The notes: generated by a model from the letters alone, not told the origin. Positions 1-9,345 are shown, counted from the first letter of the stretch. The stretch: 64,000 bases of DNA from Candidatus Krumholzibacteriota bacterium (GCA_016931295.1 JAFGEZ010000004.1:34745-98744); one strand, 5' to 3'. Program-made: numbers and translations.

Positions 1-98
1 AATACGGCCTGATTTTGCCCTCCGGGGGGGAACGGAAGTCAATTGAACGTTCGAAAGCCGTCGGCGAGCCCCGACGCCGGCTAACGCGGAACGGCAAT

Positions 99-1148
99 AT
101 GCGCTTTATCGATGCGACGAATTTCGAGAGACTGCTGAAGAAGCTCTCCGGCGACGGAGAGCTTTATGTTCCTGTGCGGAACGAGGAGACCGGCAAGCTC
201 CACCTCGAGCACGTCGAGGCATTTCCCCTGCCCGGGGAGATGACGCTCGAAGGCATCCGGACGGTCGAGCCGCTCAAGGGGATCGCGCAGCTGCTGCGGC
301 GCCCCGTGGCGGAGTACCCGTCCCCGGACGTCGACGAGATCGAGGCGGCGAACGGGCCCGTGACGATCGTCGTCGGCGCGCGCGCCTGCGACATCGCCGC
401 GCTCGAGCTCGTCGACAAGGTCCTCCTCGAGGGCGAGTTCGAGGATCCGTTCTATCGCGCGCGGCGCGAGAAAATGATCGTCATCGGCGCCGACTGCACC
501 GGGTGCGGGGATTCCTGCTTCTGCAACCTCCTCGGCGCCGGGCCCTGGCCGAAAAGCGGGTTCGACCTCGCCGTGTCGAAGGTCGGCGGCGGGTATCTCG
601 TCGAGAGCGGGTCCGATCGCGGAAAGACGATCGTCGAGGAGCACGGCGAGCTCTTCACCGAGCCGCGCGACGGGCAGAAGGAGGCGCGGGACGAGAAACG
701 GAACGAGGTCGTCCGCCTCCTCGAGGAGCAGAACGGCGGCTATCCCGCCGCGGAGGGGCTTCCCGAGAAATTGCGCGCATCGCTGGCAAGCGAGGTCTGG
801 AACGAGATCTCCGCGCGGTGCGTCGAGTGCGGCGCATGCACGAACATCTGCCCCACGTGCTATTGTTTCCTCCTCTACGACCAGAAATCCGGCGAGGAGA
901 CCGGCCAGCGGGTGATGACCTGGGATTCCTGCCAGGTCTCCGGGTACGCGCGCATGGCGGGGATGGGAACGCCGCGGCCGCGGCTGACCGATCGCGTCAA
1001 GCATCGCTTCTATCACAAGTACGACTATCTCGTGTTGAGTCACGGGGCGATCTACTGCACCGGATGCGGCCGGTGCATCGATACCTGCTCGGCCGGCATC
1101 GACATGCGCGATGCCTTCCGCCGGGTCGTCGCAACGGTCGCCGAGTAG
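99..1148 (+). CDS. 4Fe-4S cluster electron-transfer subunit, AsrA / sulfhydrogenase-beta (HydB)-like
   Basis: 349-aa product from internal ATG at 99 (same frame as track ORF 15..1148). Multiple Cys motifs (CTGCGDSCFC, CVECGACTNICPTCYC, CTGCGRCIDTC). Size and motif pattern match the AsrA/HydB family. The stop is 13 nt upstream of the AsrB-like gene. Confidence 0.6.
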   Translation: MRFIDATNFERLLKKLSGDGELYVPVRNEETGKLHLEHVEAFPLPGEMTLEGIRTVEPLKGIAQLLRRPVAEYPSPDVDEIEAANGPVTIVVGARACDIAALELVDKVLLEGEFEDPFYRARREKMIVIGADCTGCGDSCFCNLLGAGPWPKSGFDLAVSKVGGGYLVESGSDRGKTIVEEHGELFTEPRDGQKEARDEKRNEVVRLLEEQNGGYPAAEGLPEKLRASLASEVWNEISARCVECGACTNICPTCYCFLLYDQKSGEETGQRVMTWDSCQVSGYARMAGMGTPRPRLTDRVKHRFYHKYDYLVLSHGAIYCTGCGRCIDTCSAGIDMRDAFRRVVATVAE

Positions 1149-1160
1149 AGGGAGCGTGGG

Positions 1161-1979
1161 ATGAAGAACCCGTACTATCCCATCGACACCGTCGTCGAGG
1201 ACATCATCACCGAGACCCCGACCATCAAGACATTCTGCCTGAAACCGGTCCGCCCGATCGAGTTCCGCGCCGGCCAGTTCATGCAGCTCACGGTCCCCGG
1301 GGTCGGCGAGGCGCCGTTCACTCCCTCCTCGGATCCGAACGTCTCCGAGCGGATGGAGATCACGATCCTGAAGACCGGCAAGATCACCGACGCGCTCCAC
1401 GACCTCAAGCCCGGCGCCGCGGTCGGGCTCAGGGGGCCCTTCGGAAAGGGGTATCCCCTCGACCGGCTCGTCGGCAAGGAAGTGCTCGTCGTCGGCGGCG
1501 GCGTCGGGCTCGCGCCGTTGCGCGCGCTGATCTACGCCCTCTTCGACGACCCGTCGAGGTACGAGCGCATCTCGATCAAGTACGGGGCCCGCTGCCCCGA
1601 GGAGCTCTGCTTCCGACGCCAGTACGACGAGTGGTCCCGGATCGCGCCGAACGTCGATCTCACCGTCACGATCGACGTCCCCGCGCCCGCCTGGGACGGG
1701 CGCGTCGGCCTGGTGACGACCCTGCTCGACGACCTCGATATCAACCTCGACGAGAGCTACGCGCTGTCCTGCGGACCGGAGATCATGCTCAAGTTCGTCA
1801 CCCTCAAACTGCTCGAGGTCGGATACAAGCCGCCGCAGATCTATCTCTCGATGAACCGGAAGATGTCATGCGGCATGGGCAAGTGCGGACGGTGCAACGT
1901 CGGCCATTACTATCTCTGCGTCGACGGACCCGACATGTGCTACGACAAGATCAAACACGTTCCGAACGTATTCGGCTAA
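1161..1979 (+). CDS. FAD/NAD(P)-binding oxidoreductase subunit with C-terminal 2Fe-2S motif, AsrB / HydG / PyrK-like
   Basis: 272 aa. Flavodoxin-reductase-like fold signature (RAGQFMQL..., GGGVGLAPL). C-terminal CGMGKCGRCNV...C cluster motif. Tightly coupled to the upstream 4Fe-4S subunit. Confidence 0.65.
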   Translation: MKNPYYPIDTVVEDIITETPTIKTFCLKPVRPIEFRAGQFMQLTVPGVGEAPFTPSSDPNVSERMEITILKTGKITDALHDLKPGAAVGLRGPFGKGYPLDRLVGKEVLVVGGGVGLAPLRALIYALFDDPSRYERISIKYGARCPEELCFRRQYDEWSRIAPNVDLTVTIDVPAPAWDGRVGLVTTLLDDLDINLDESYALSCGPEIMLKFVTLKLLEVGYKPPQIYLSMNRKMSCGMGKCGRCNVGHYYLCVDGPDMCYDKIKHVPNVFG

Positions 1980-2010
1980 ACCAGGGCGAACGAGCCCGGG
2001 GACAGTACCC

Positions 2011-3798
2011 ATGAGCGACCTACGAAACAACTGCTCCTTCTGTTCGCTGGCCTGCCCCCTCGTGCTGCGCGGCGGCGGGCGCGGCCCCCTCTTCACCGCC
2101 GAGTCGCTCCTCTCGCTCGACTGGGACGAGCGGGAGGACTCGAAGTACGGCGGCAGCCTCTGCGCCCGCGGCAATGCGGCGGTGGAGTTCCTGTCGCACC
2201 CGGAACGGCTGGGCGATTCCTTCGTTCTCGGCGAACGGTCCACCCGGGACGCGGCCGTCACCGAGACGGCGAAAAATCTCGCCGCGGTGATCGAGGAGGG
2301 CGGCCCCGACGACATCGGTATCCTGCTGGGCGAGAATCTCACCGTGGAGGAGGCCTCCCTCGCCGCGGCCCTCGCCCGGGGGATCGGCACGAAGAACATC
2401 GCGCTCTTCGCACCGGACGACGCGCCGCTCTTCCGCGCCTGGCTCGCGTGCGATCTCTCCGGCGTCAAGCCGGCGGGGACGAAGCCTCCCGGCGAGCGCC
2501 AGGTCGCGCTGATCGTCGGCGATTCCTTCTCCGAGCACCCCTGCACGGCCAAGCGGGTGCTGCCGGGCAAGTACGGCGCGCGGGGAAGCGAGGTCATCGT
2601 CGTGAGCCCCGAGGTCAACCACGCCGCGTGGTTCGCCAACAGGCATCTCCGCTGCGCGCCCGGAGGCGAGGCCGCGGTCACGCTCGGCCTCGTCAAGGCG
2701 GCGGCCGCGGCGAGCGGCGCCGCGCTCCCCGACGGGCTGGCCTCCTTCGTCGCCGGCGTCGACTGGAACGAGATCGAGCGCCTCGGCGGCGTCAAGAAGG
2801 ACGACATCGAGGGAGCCGCCGCGGCGATGCTCGGCGCGGTGAGGGTGCGTTCCTTCGTCTCGAATATCTTCGGCAGGATGGGAGCCCCCGGGCTCGTCTC
2901 CCTCTTCACCGAGGCGGCCACGAGGCTCTGCCCGGGAACGGCCGTATTCGAGCCGCAGTTCGTCCAGCAGAACACGTGGGGGATCCACCGGGCGATCGCG
3001 GGCGCCGCCGCGCCGGACGTCATGAAGAAGCTCGGCGGGGCGGAGCTGAAGGCGCTCGTGCTGCTGGGGCTGGACCTCTTCTCGGTCTACCCGGCCGCGC
3101 CGGTGGAGAAGGCGCTCCGCGACAAGAAATTCACCGTCACGACGCAGCTCTTCTGGAACCAGACCGCGGCGCGCGCGACGGTGGTTCTGCCCGCCGCCGG
3201 TCTCATGGAGAAGACGGGGACGGTGCGGCCGACCTTCGATCCGAACGACGACTTCGTCCGCGGCGACGTGCTGCCCCCGCCGGGCGGCGCCGTCACCGAC
3301 GCCGAGTTCATCCGCCTTCTCGCGGGGGAGATGGACGTCGACCTGAACGAGGCGGCCGAGGCCCCGGCGGCGAGAGCCGCCTCCTTCGCCGTCGTCGCCA
3401 CGGACTGGAGCGCGTACACGAACCTGATGCGGGAGATCGATACGGCCGAGGTGGTGCTCATACCGTGGAGCGAGCCGGCGCACGCGGCCGACGGGTCGCT
3501 GAGCCGCCGGTTCCACTGGTCCACGGTCACCTGCCCCGGGCCCGTGCTGATGATATCCAACGAGTTCGCCGACGAGATGAAGCTGTCGTCTGGCGACAGC
3601 GTCACGGTTTCCTCGGAAGGCGGAGACGCGGTACTGCCGGTCGAAACGACGACCAAGCTCTGCGGCAAGGTCGTCGGCGCGACGATCCACTTTCCCTCCG
3701 TCCGCCGGCTGTTCCCGTGGCGGCTCGACGAGGGGAACGGGGAGATCCTCCTCGCGCCGGTGCCGGTGACCGTCGGACGCCAGGGTGAGAAGAGCTGA
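2011..3798 (+). CDS. molybdopterin-oxidoreductase (MopB) family subunit, FdhA/NuoG-like, 595 aa
   Basis: N-terminal CxxCxxxC...C motif (NNCSFCSLACP...SLCARG) of the Mo-bisPGD 4Fe-4S domain. No in-frame TGA, so no selenocysteine. Shorter than canonical FdhH. Lies between the AsrAB-like pair and the hydrogenase core. Confidence 0.55.
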   Translation: MSDLRNNCSFCSLACPLVLRGGGRGPLFTAESLLSLDWDEREDSKYGGSLCARGNAAVEFLSHPERLGDSFVLGERSTRDAAVTETAKNLAAVIEEGGPDDIGILLGENLTVEEASLAAALARGIGTKNIALFAPDDAPLFRAWLACDLSGVKPAGTKPPGERQVALIVGDSFSEHPCTAKRVLPGKYGARGSEVIVVSPEVNHAAWFANRHLRCAPGGEAAVTLGLVKAAAAASGAALPDGLASFVAGVDWNEIERLGGVKKDDIEGAAAAMLGAVRVRSFVSNIFGRMGAPGLVSLFTEAATRLCPGTAVFEPQFVQQNTWGIHRAIAGAAAPDVMKKLGGAELKALVLLGLDLFSVYPAAPVEKALRDKKFTVTTQLFWNQTAARATVVLPAAGLMEKTGTVRPTFDPNDDFVRGDVLPPPGGAVTDAEFIRLLAGEMDVDLNEAAEAPAARAASFAVVATDWSAYTNLMREIDTAEVVLIPWSEPAHAADGSLSRRFHWSTVTCPGPVLMISNEFADEMKLSSGDSVTVSSEGGDAVLPVETTTKLCGKVVGATIHFPSVRRLFPWRLDEGNGEILLAPVPVTVGRQGEKS

Positions 3799-3800
3799 GT

Positions 3801-4280
3801 ATGGAGAAGAGAGTCTACATCAATATGAACCTGTGCATCGGCTGCCGCGCCTGCGCCGCCGCCTGCGCGCAGGGGCATCACGACCAGGGGCTGCTCAAGC
3901 ACGGCCACGTCGAGGAAGAGGCCCTCCTGCCGATGCACTGCCGTCACTGCGACACGCCGCTGTGTCTCGAGGTCTGCCCGCAGGAGGCGATCAAGAAGAA
4001 GGAGGACGGCACGATCATCCGCATGAGCCATCTCTGCATCGGCTGCAAGTCGTGCATCATGTCCTGCCCCTTCGGCGTGATGTTCATGCATTCCACGTGG
4101 CACGTCTCGCCGAAGTGCGATCTCTGCCACGACCGCGTCGCCGACGGGAAAACGCCCCGCTGCGTCGCGACCTGCACGTCCGGCGCGCTGGTCTTCGAGG
4201 AACTCGCGACCCTCGAGAAGATGCAGAAACGCGCGGTCGAGGGCGGACGGTATTTCACCCGCTTCATGCTCAAGCGATAG
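3801..4280 (+). CDS. multi-cluster 4Fe-4S ferredoxin, HycB/HyfA-like
   Basis: 159 aa with four CxxCxxCxxxCP-type motifs (CIGCRACAAAC, CRHCDTPLCLEVCP, CIGCKSCIMSCP, CDLCHD...C). Confidence 0.7.
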   Translation: MEKRVYINMNLCIGCRACAAACAQGHHDQGLLKHGHVEEEALLPMHCRHCDTPLCLEVCPQEAIKKKEDGTIIRMSHLCIGCKSCIMSCPFGVMFMHSTWHVSPKCDLCHDRVADGKTPRCVATCTSGALVFEELATLEKMQKRAVEGGRYFTRFMLKR

Positions 4281-4292
4281 CGGAGAGGTCAC

Positions 4293-5225
4293 ATGGACGC
4301 TGCCAAGTACGTGCTCAACTACCTCGTGTTCCCGGGATTCCTCTTCTCGGCGATCGTCGGGCTGCTGACCACCTGGGTGGACCGGAAGGTCACGGCCCGC
4401 GTGCAGTGGCGGGTAGGCCCCCCGTGGTACCAGCCCTTCGCCGACACGGTGAAACTGATGGGCAAGGAGGTCGTCGTGCCCGCCGACGCGCGGCGCACGG
4501 GATTCCTCCTCATGCCCGTCGTCGGGCTCGCCGGCGCCACGCTCGCATCGACGATCCTGTGGATGGTCAATCTCTATCCCGGGGCCTCCTTCGTCGGCGA
4601 CACGATCGTCGTGATCTACGTCATGACGATCCCGGCGATCTCGATGATCCTCGGCGGCAGCGCCTCGGGCAACCCCCTCGGCGTCCTCGGGGCGAGCCGC
4701 GAGATGAAACTGCTCTTCGCCTACGAGCTGCCCCTCGTCCTCGCCGTGCTGACCACGGTGTACAAGGCGGGAAGCTTCTCCTTCCAGGATATCGTCGCCT
4801 ACCAGGACGCGAACGGGATCATGCTCGGATCCGTCTCGGGCGTCCTCGCCTTCATCGTGATGATCTTCTGCGCGCAGGCGAAGGCGACGATGCTCCCCTT
4901 CGACATCCCGGAGGCGGAGACCGAACTCGCCGGCGGCTCCCACATCGAGTATTCGGGAGCCCCGCTCGCGCTCGTTCGCCTGACGATGGCCATGATGCTC
5001 TTCGTGCTGCCGATATTCATCATCACCCTGTTCTGGGGCGGGATCGCCTTCGCCGGATGGCGCATCCTGACGTCGATCCTCAAGTACGTCGCGATCATCG
5101 TCATCATGGTGCTCATCAAGAACACGAACCCCCGCGTGAGGATCGACCAGGCGGTCCGGTTCTTCTGGGGTCCGATGTTCGTTTTGTCGGTCGTCGCCAT
5201 GATCCTGGCCGTGCTGGGATACTAG
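4293..5225 (+). CDS. membrane subunit NuoH/HycD/MbhM-like
   Basis: 310 aa, 8 predicted TM helices. N-terminus VLNYLVFPGF...WVDRKVTARVQWRVGPP is typical of the NuoH/HycD family. Confidence 0.8.
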   Translation: MDAAKYVLNYLVFPGFLFSAIVGLLTTWVDRKVTARVQWRVGPPWYQPFADTVKLMGKEVVVPADARRTGFLLMPVVGLAGATLASTILWMVNLYPGASFVGDTIVVIYVMTIPAISMILGGSASGNPLGVLGASREMKLLFAYELPLVLAVLTTVYKAGSFSFQDIVAYQDANGIMLGSVSGVLAFIVMIFCAQAKATMLPFDIPEAETELAGGSHIEYSGAPLALVRLTMAMMLFVLPIFIITLFWGGIAFAGWRILTSILKYVAIIVIMVLIKNTNPRVRIDQAVRFFWGPMFVLSVVAMILAVLGY

Positions 5226-5245
5226 GCCGCGGAGGAAATGCTGAT

Positions 5246-5659
5246 ATGTCCTTGGCGCTGAAAGCTCTCAAGAAATCGCCCTGGGTCTTCCACGTGAACA
5301 CGGGGGCGTGCAACAACTGCGACATCGAGGTGCTCGACGCCCTCACGCCGCGTTTCGACGTGGAGCGGTTCGGCATCGTGCTCGTCGGGAGCATCCGGCA
5401 CGCGGACGTGCTGCTGATCAGCGGCCCCGTCACCCGGAACGTGCTTCCGCGGCTGAAGCGCCTCTACGACCAGGCGCCGAGGCCGATCAAGGTGATCGTC
5501 ATCGGCGCGTGCGGCTGCCGCTGCGGGATCTTCCGCGACGGGTACAACATCGTCGGGCCCGTCGACAAGCATATTCCCGTCGACGCGTACATCCCGGGCT
5601 GCCCGCCGAAACCGGAGACGATCATCGCCGGCGTCGTGAAGGTACTGAACACGCTCTGA
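5246..5659 (+). CDS. [NiFe] hydrogenase small subunit (NuoB/HycG-like, proximal 4Fe-4S)
   Basis: 137 aa from ATG 5246 (RBS GGAGG at 5231). CNNCDIE, GACGCRCG and GCPP motifs of the NuoB-type N2/proximal cluster. Embedded in the 3' end of a longer artefactual ORF (3785..5659). Confidence 0.8.
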   Translation: MSLALKALKKSPWVFHVNTGACNNCDIEVLDALTPRFDVERFGIVLVGSIRHADVLLISGPVTRNVLPRLKRLYDQAPRPIKVIVIGACGCRCGIFRDGYNIVGPVDKHIPVDAYIPGCPPKPETIIAGVVKVLNTL

Positions 5660-5691
5660 ACGCGGATCGGCAAAGGACGGAAAGAGAAGCA

Positions 5692-6213
5692 ATGGAAAAA
5701 GAGGCACTGAAGAAGCGGATAGGCGACCGGTTCGGCGACAGCGTCCGGATCGAGGAGCGTTCGCCGGACCGCGTCTACGTCTGGGCGGAGAACGACATCT
5801 GGACCGATCTCGCCGGCTTCGTCTTCAACGACCTGGACTGCCGGTTCGACACGGGCGTGGCCGTCGACGACCGGGACGGCGTCGAGGTCATGTTCTTCTT
5901 CCCGGTCGACGCCGAGCACTACTATCTCACGGTCAAGACGTTCGCGCGCAAGCCGAAGCCCGAGCTCGAATCGATATCGAACCTGATACCGGGCGCGAAG
6001 TGGATCGAGCGGGAGATGTGGGAGATGTACGAGGTCTTCTTCCGGCATCACCCCGATCTCCGGCCGCTCCTGCGCGCCGACACCCGGCCCGACGATTTCT
6101 ATCCCGCGCGGCGCGAGACCAAGGAATCGCTCGAATGCACCCGCGTTCGGGACGACGGGAAGGAGCGCGCCGACGAGATCGCAGGGCGGCCGCTGAAGGG
6201 CAAGAACCCCTGA
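5692..6213 (+). CDS. NuoC/HycE-N-terminal-like 30 kDa subunit
   Basis: 173 aa from ATG 5692. Resembles the NuoC domain (hydrogenase large-subunit N-terminal domain encoded as a separate gene, as in MbhK). Confidence 0.7.
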   Translation: MEKEALKKRIGDRFGDSVRIEERSPDRVYVWAENDIWTDLAGFVFNDLDCRFDTGVAVDDRDGVEVMFFFPVDAEHYYLTVKTFARKPKPELESISNLIPGAKWIEREMWEMYEVFFRHHPDLRPLLRADTRPDDFYPARRETKESLECTRVRDDGKERADEIAGRPLKGKNP

Positions 6214-6238
6214 CACGCAGCAGAGAGGTGAGCTGGAC

Positions 6239-7459
6239 ATGGTGAAAAAGATCCCGATCGGCCCGTTCCATCCGATCCTCGAGGAACCGGAGTTCTTCGA
6301 GCTGCACGTGGACGGGGAGCGGGTCGTCGACATAGACATAACGATCGGATGGAGCCACCGCGGGATCGAGCTCCTCTCCGAGCACAAGACGTGGGACCAG
6401 GTGCCCTTCCTCGTCGAGCGCGTCTGCGGGATCTGCTCCTGCTCCCATCCCTACGCCTACGTCAAGGCGGTGGAGGACTGCGCCGGGATCGAGGTGCCGA
6501 TCCGCGCGCAGTACATCCGCGCGATCATCGCCGAGCTGGAGCGGCTCCACAGCCACCTGCTCTGGACCGGGTTGGCGGGGCATTTCCTCGGCTACAACAC
6601 GGTCTTCATGTGGACGTGGAAATACCGCGAGCCCCTCCTCGACATCCTCGAGGCGGTCACGGGCAACCGCAACCACTACGCGATGCTGCGGCCCGGCGGA
6701 GTGCGCCGCGACGTGCCGGCGGAGGAGATCCCGAACATCCTCACGATGCTGAACGAGCTCGAGAAGAAGAACGCGCTTCTCACCAACGCGATCGTCGACG
6801 ACCCGGTCATCCACGCGCGCACGAAGAACGTCGGCATCCTTCCGCTCGACAAGTGCCGCGAGTACGGTGCGCTCGGTCCGACGGCCCGCGCCGGCGGCTA
6901 CGACATCGATGCCCGGCGCGACCACCCGATCGACGTCTACGGCGAGCTGGATTTCGACGTCATCGTCTGCGAGAACGGGGACGTCTTCGACAAGGCCGTC
7001 GTCCGGCAGCGCGAGAATTTCGAGGCGATCAAGATCATCCGCCAGAGCCTGGAGAAGCTCAAGGCGCTGGGGGAGGGGCCGATCTGCACAGAGGTGCACG
7101 AGATCCCGCCCGGCGAGGGGATCGGCGTCTACGAGGCCCCGCGGGGCGAGGTGCTCCACTACGTCCGCTCGAACGGCGGGAACATGCCGATGCGGCACAA
7201 GATCCGGGCCCCGAGCTTCAACAACATCCTCACGAACGAGTACAGCGTCGTGGGGAACACCGTCGCGGACGCCGGGCTGATCACCGCCGCGGTCGATCCG
7301 TGCTACTCCTGCACCGAGCGGGTCGGCGTCGTCGACGCCTCCTCGGGCGACAGGAGCGTCCTGACCGAGGCCGATCTCATCCGGCTGTCGCAGGAGAAGA
7401 CCGAACAGATCAGGAAACGGCTGTCCAGGAACAGAACAGGTCGACCCTCGGCCGACTGA
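6239..7459 (+). CDS. group 4 [NiFe] hydrogenase large subunit (NuoD/MbhL/HycE-like)
   Basis: 406 aa. N-terminal L1 motif RVCGICSCSH and C-terminal L2 motif DPCYSCTER both carry Ni-Fe ligand cysteines. A 45-aa C-terminal extension follows the L2 Arg, consistent with endoprotease processing. Confidence 0.85.
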   Translation: MVKKIPIGPFHPILEEPEFFELHVDGERVVDIDITIGWSHRGIELLSEHKTWDQVPFLVERVCGICSCSHPYAYVKAVEDCAGIEVPIRAQYIRAIIAELERLHSHLLWTGLAGHFLGYNTVFMWTWKYREPLLDILEAVTGNRNHYAMLRPGGVRRDVPAEEIPNILTMLNELEKKNALLTNAIVDDPVIHARTKNVGILPLDKCREYGALGPTARAGGYDIDARRDHPIDVYGELDFDVIVCENGDVFDKAVVRQRENFEAIKIIRQSLEKLKALGEGPICTEVHEIPPGEGIGVYEAPRGEVLHYVRSNGGNMPMRHKIRAPSFNNILTNEYSVVGNTVADAGLITAAVDPCYSCTERVGVVDASSGDRSVLTEADLIRLSQEKTEQIRKRLSRNRTGRPSAD

Positions 7460-7472
7460 TGGAGCAGGATAC

Positions 7473-9326
7473 ATGAACGCACTTCTCTATCCCCTGGTTA
7501 TCCCGGCCCTCGCGGGGATCGTCCCCCTCTTCGTGCCGCGGAAAGGCAAGGTGGTGGCCGGCCTGGTCGCTCTCGCCGCCGCGGTCTGGACGTTCCTCCT
7601 CTCGATCCGGCTCTTCGGCGTCGGGACGGGCGAGTTCGGCTTCACCCTCTTCGACTTCGGCGGTGGGCTCGCGCTCGATTTCGGTCTCCGGCTCTACAGC
7701 TTCAGCGCCGTCATCCTGCTCTTCGTCTCGCTCTTCGCCGTGCTGATCGTCCTCTACTCGATCGGCTACCTGTGGAAGCGCGACACGTCGAGCGCCTACT
7801 ACTCCTTCATCCTCTGGACGCTCGCCGCCGCGGCGGGAGCCGTCCTCTCGGCGAACCTGCTGATGCTGCTGATCTTCTGGGAGATGCTCACGCTGCTCCT
7901 CTACCTGCTCGTCAACATGGGCGGCCCCGGGCACGAGGAAGCCGGGCTGAAGTGCTTCGCCGTCCTCGGCATCAGCGACGCCGCGCTCATGCTCGGCGTG
8001 CTGCTCGCCTGGTTCAACTACGGGACGCTCGACATGTCCCGGCTCGTCGTCTCCACGGCCACCCCGACCGGCGTCGCGATCTTCCTGCTCCTCTTCGCCG
8101 GCGCGATCGCCAAGGCCGGGGCGATGCCGCTGCACTCGTGGGTGCCCGCGATCGCGAAATCGACGCACGCCTCGGTGATGGCCTTCCTCCCGGCGGCCCT
8201 CGACAAACTCCTCGGCATCTACCTGCTGGCGAGGATCTCGCTCGACATCTGCCGCATCCAGGGCGGATCGGCGCTCTCGCTGGTGATGATGATCGTCGGC
8301 GCGGTCACGATCCTCTTCGCGGTCCTGATGGCCCTCGTCCAGCACGATCTCAAGAAGCTCCTCTCCTTCCACGCGGTGAGCCAGGTGGGCTACATGGTGC
8401 TCGGCGTGGGGAGCGGGATCCCCGTCGCGATCGTCGGCGGGCTCTTCCACATGCTGAACAACGCCGTCTACAAGAGCGGGCTCTTCCTCTCGGCGGGCGC
8501 GGTGGAGAAGCGCGCCGGAACGACCGAGCTGGACAAGCTCGGCGGCCTCGCCCGGCTGATGCCGGTGACCTTCGTCACCACGCTCGTCGCGGCCCTGTCG
8601 ATCTCCGGCGTGCCGCCCTTCAACGGCTTCGCCTCGAAATGGCTCGTCTACCAGGGGATGCTCGAGGGACGGCAGATCGTCTTCCTCGTCGTCGCCATAT
8701 TCGGTTCGGCCCTGACGCTCGCCTCCTTCGTCAAGGTCATCCACTCCCTCTTCCTCGGACGGCGACCGGAGCGGCTCGAGGGTGTGCGCGAGGTGGATTT
8801 CTCGATGCAGCTGCCGATGATCTTCCTCGCGATCCTCTGCGTCGCCTTCGGCGTGTTCGCCCGGTACCCGATCGAGCGCTTCATCGCGCCGGCCGTGGGA
8901 AGCACGGGGATCGTCTTCACCGGCGGGGAGATCGACGTCGCCGGCGGCCTCTGGAGCCCCGGCCCGGCCACGGTGATGATCGTGATCGGGGTCGTCGTCG
9001 GCCTCCTCCTCTACGCGTTGAGCAACATGCGCCACGTCCGCGTCGACGAGAATCCCTGGGTCGGCGGCAACATCATGGACCGGGAGGAGACGCGGATACC
9101 GGGAACGCATTTCTACAAGACCGTAACCGAGCTCAACCCCCTCTTCAGCGCGGGATTCCGCGACGGCGAGAAGGGGGCGCTCGATCCGTACAATGTCATC
9201 GGCAGGCTCGGGGGCGCCTTCGTCCAGGTGCTGCGGGGGCTTCACAACGGGATTCTCAGCACGTACCTGTCCTGGGCGATCATCGGGCTGGGAGTGATTG
9301 CGTTCATACTGATGTTCCACTTCTAG
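7473..9326 (+). CDS. NuoL/MrpA-like antiporter-type membrane subunit
   Basis: 617 aa polytopic membrane protein. NuoL/MrpA/HyfB family conserved segments (WEMLTLLLYLLV, HAVSQVGYMVLGVG, YKSGLFLSAGAV). Confidence 0.8.
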   Translation: MNALLYPLVIPALAGIVPLFVPRKGKVVAGLVALAAAVWTFLLSIRLFGVGTGEFGFTLFDFGGGLALDFGLRLYSFSAVILLFVSLFAVLIVLYSIGYLWKRDTSSAYYSFILWTLAAAAGAVLSANLLMLLIFWEMLTLLLYLLVNMGGPGHEEAGLKCFAVLGISDAALMLGVLLAWFNYGTLDMSRLVVSTATPTGVAIFLLLFAGAIAKAGAMPLHSWVPAIAKSTHASVMAFLPAALDKLLGIYLLARISLDICRIQGGSALSLVMMIVGAVTILFAVLMALVQHDLKKLLSFHAVSQVGYMVLGVGSGIPVAIVGGLFHMLNNAVYKSGLFLSAGAVEKRAGTTELDKLGGLARLMPVTFVTTLVAALSISGVPPFNGFASKWLVYQGMLEGRQIVFLVVAIFGSALTLASFVKVIHSLFLGRRPERLEGVREVDFSMQLPMIFLAILCVAFGVFARYPIERFIAPAVGSTGIVFTGGEIDVAGGLWSPGPATVMIVIGVVVGLLLYALSNMRHVRVDENPWVGGNIMDREETRIPGTHFYKTVTELNPLFSAGFRDGEKGALDPYNVIGRLGGAFVQVLRGLHNGILSTYLSWAIIGLGVIAFILMFHF

Positions 9327-9345
9327 GGCAGGGAAAGGCGGAAGG

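Noticed and set aside
81-1400. 439-aa minus-strand ORF antisense to the AsrA-like gene
   Set aside because: R/G/D/L-rich low-complexity translation typical of antisense frames in high-GC DNA. Fully overlapped by a motif-rich plus-strand gene.
503-2014. 503-aa plus-strand ORF in an alternative frame spanning genes 1-2
   Set aside because: Arg/Pro/Gly-rich translation with no motifs. Conflicts with two well-supported CDSs in another frame.
2011-3798. Possibility that the MopB subunit is a selenocysteine formate dehydrogenase
   Set aside because: The reading frame is continuous with no in-frame TGA, so there is no Sec codon. If catalytic, it would have to be a Cys-type enzyme. Its short length instead suggests a NuoG-like connector.
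3785-5246. 5' 1.4 kb of track ORF 3785..5659
   Set aside because: Only the last 137 codons (NuoB-like small subunit) make sense. The upstream part is an out-of-frame read-through across hycB/nuoH in GC-rich sequence.
6239-7459. Possibility that the complex is an Mbx/Mbs-type (non-hydrogenase) respiratory complex
   Set aside because: Both Ni-Fe Cys motifs (CGICSCSH, DPCYSCTER) are intact and a HycI protease is present. Both point to a genuine hydrogenase.
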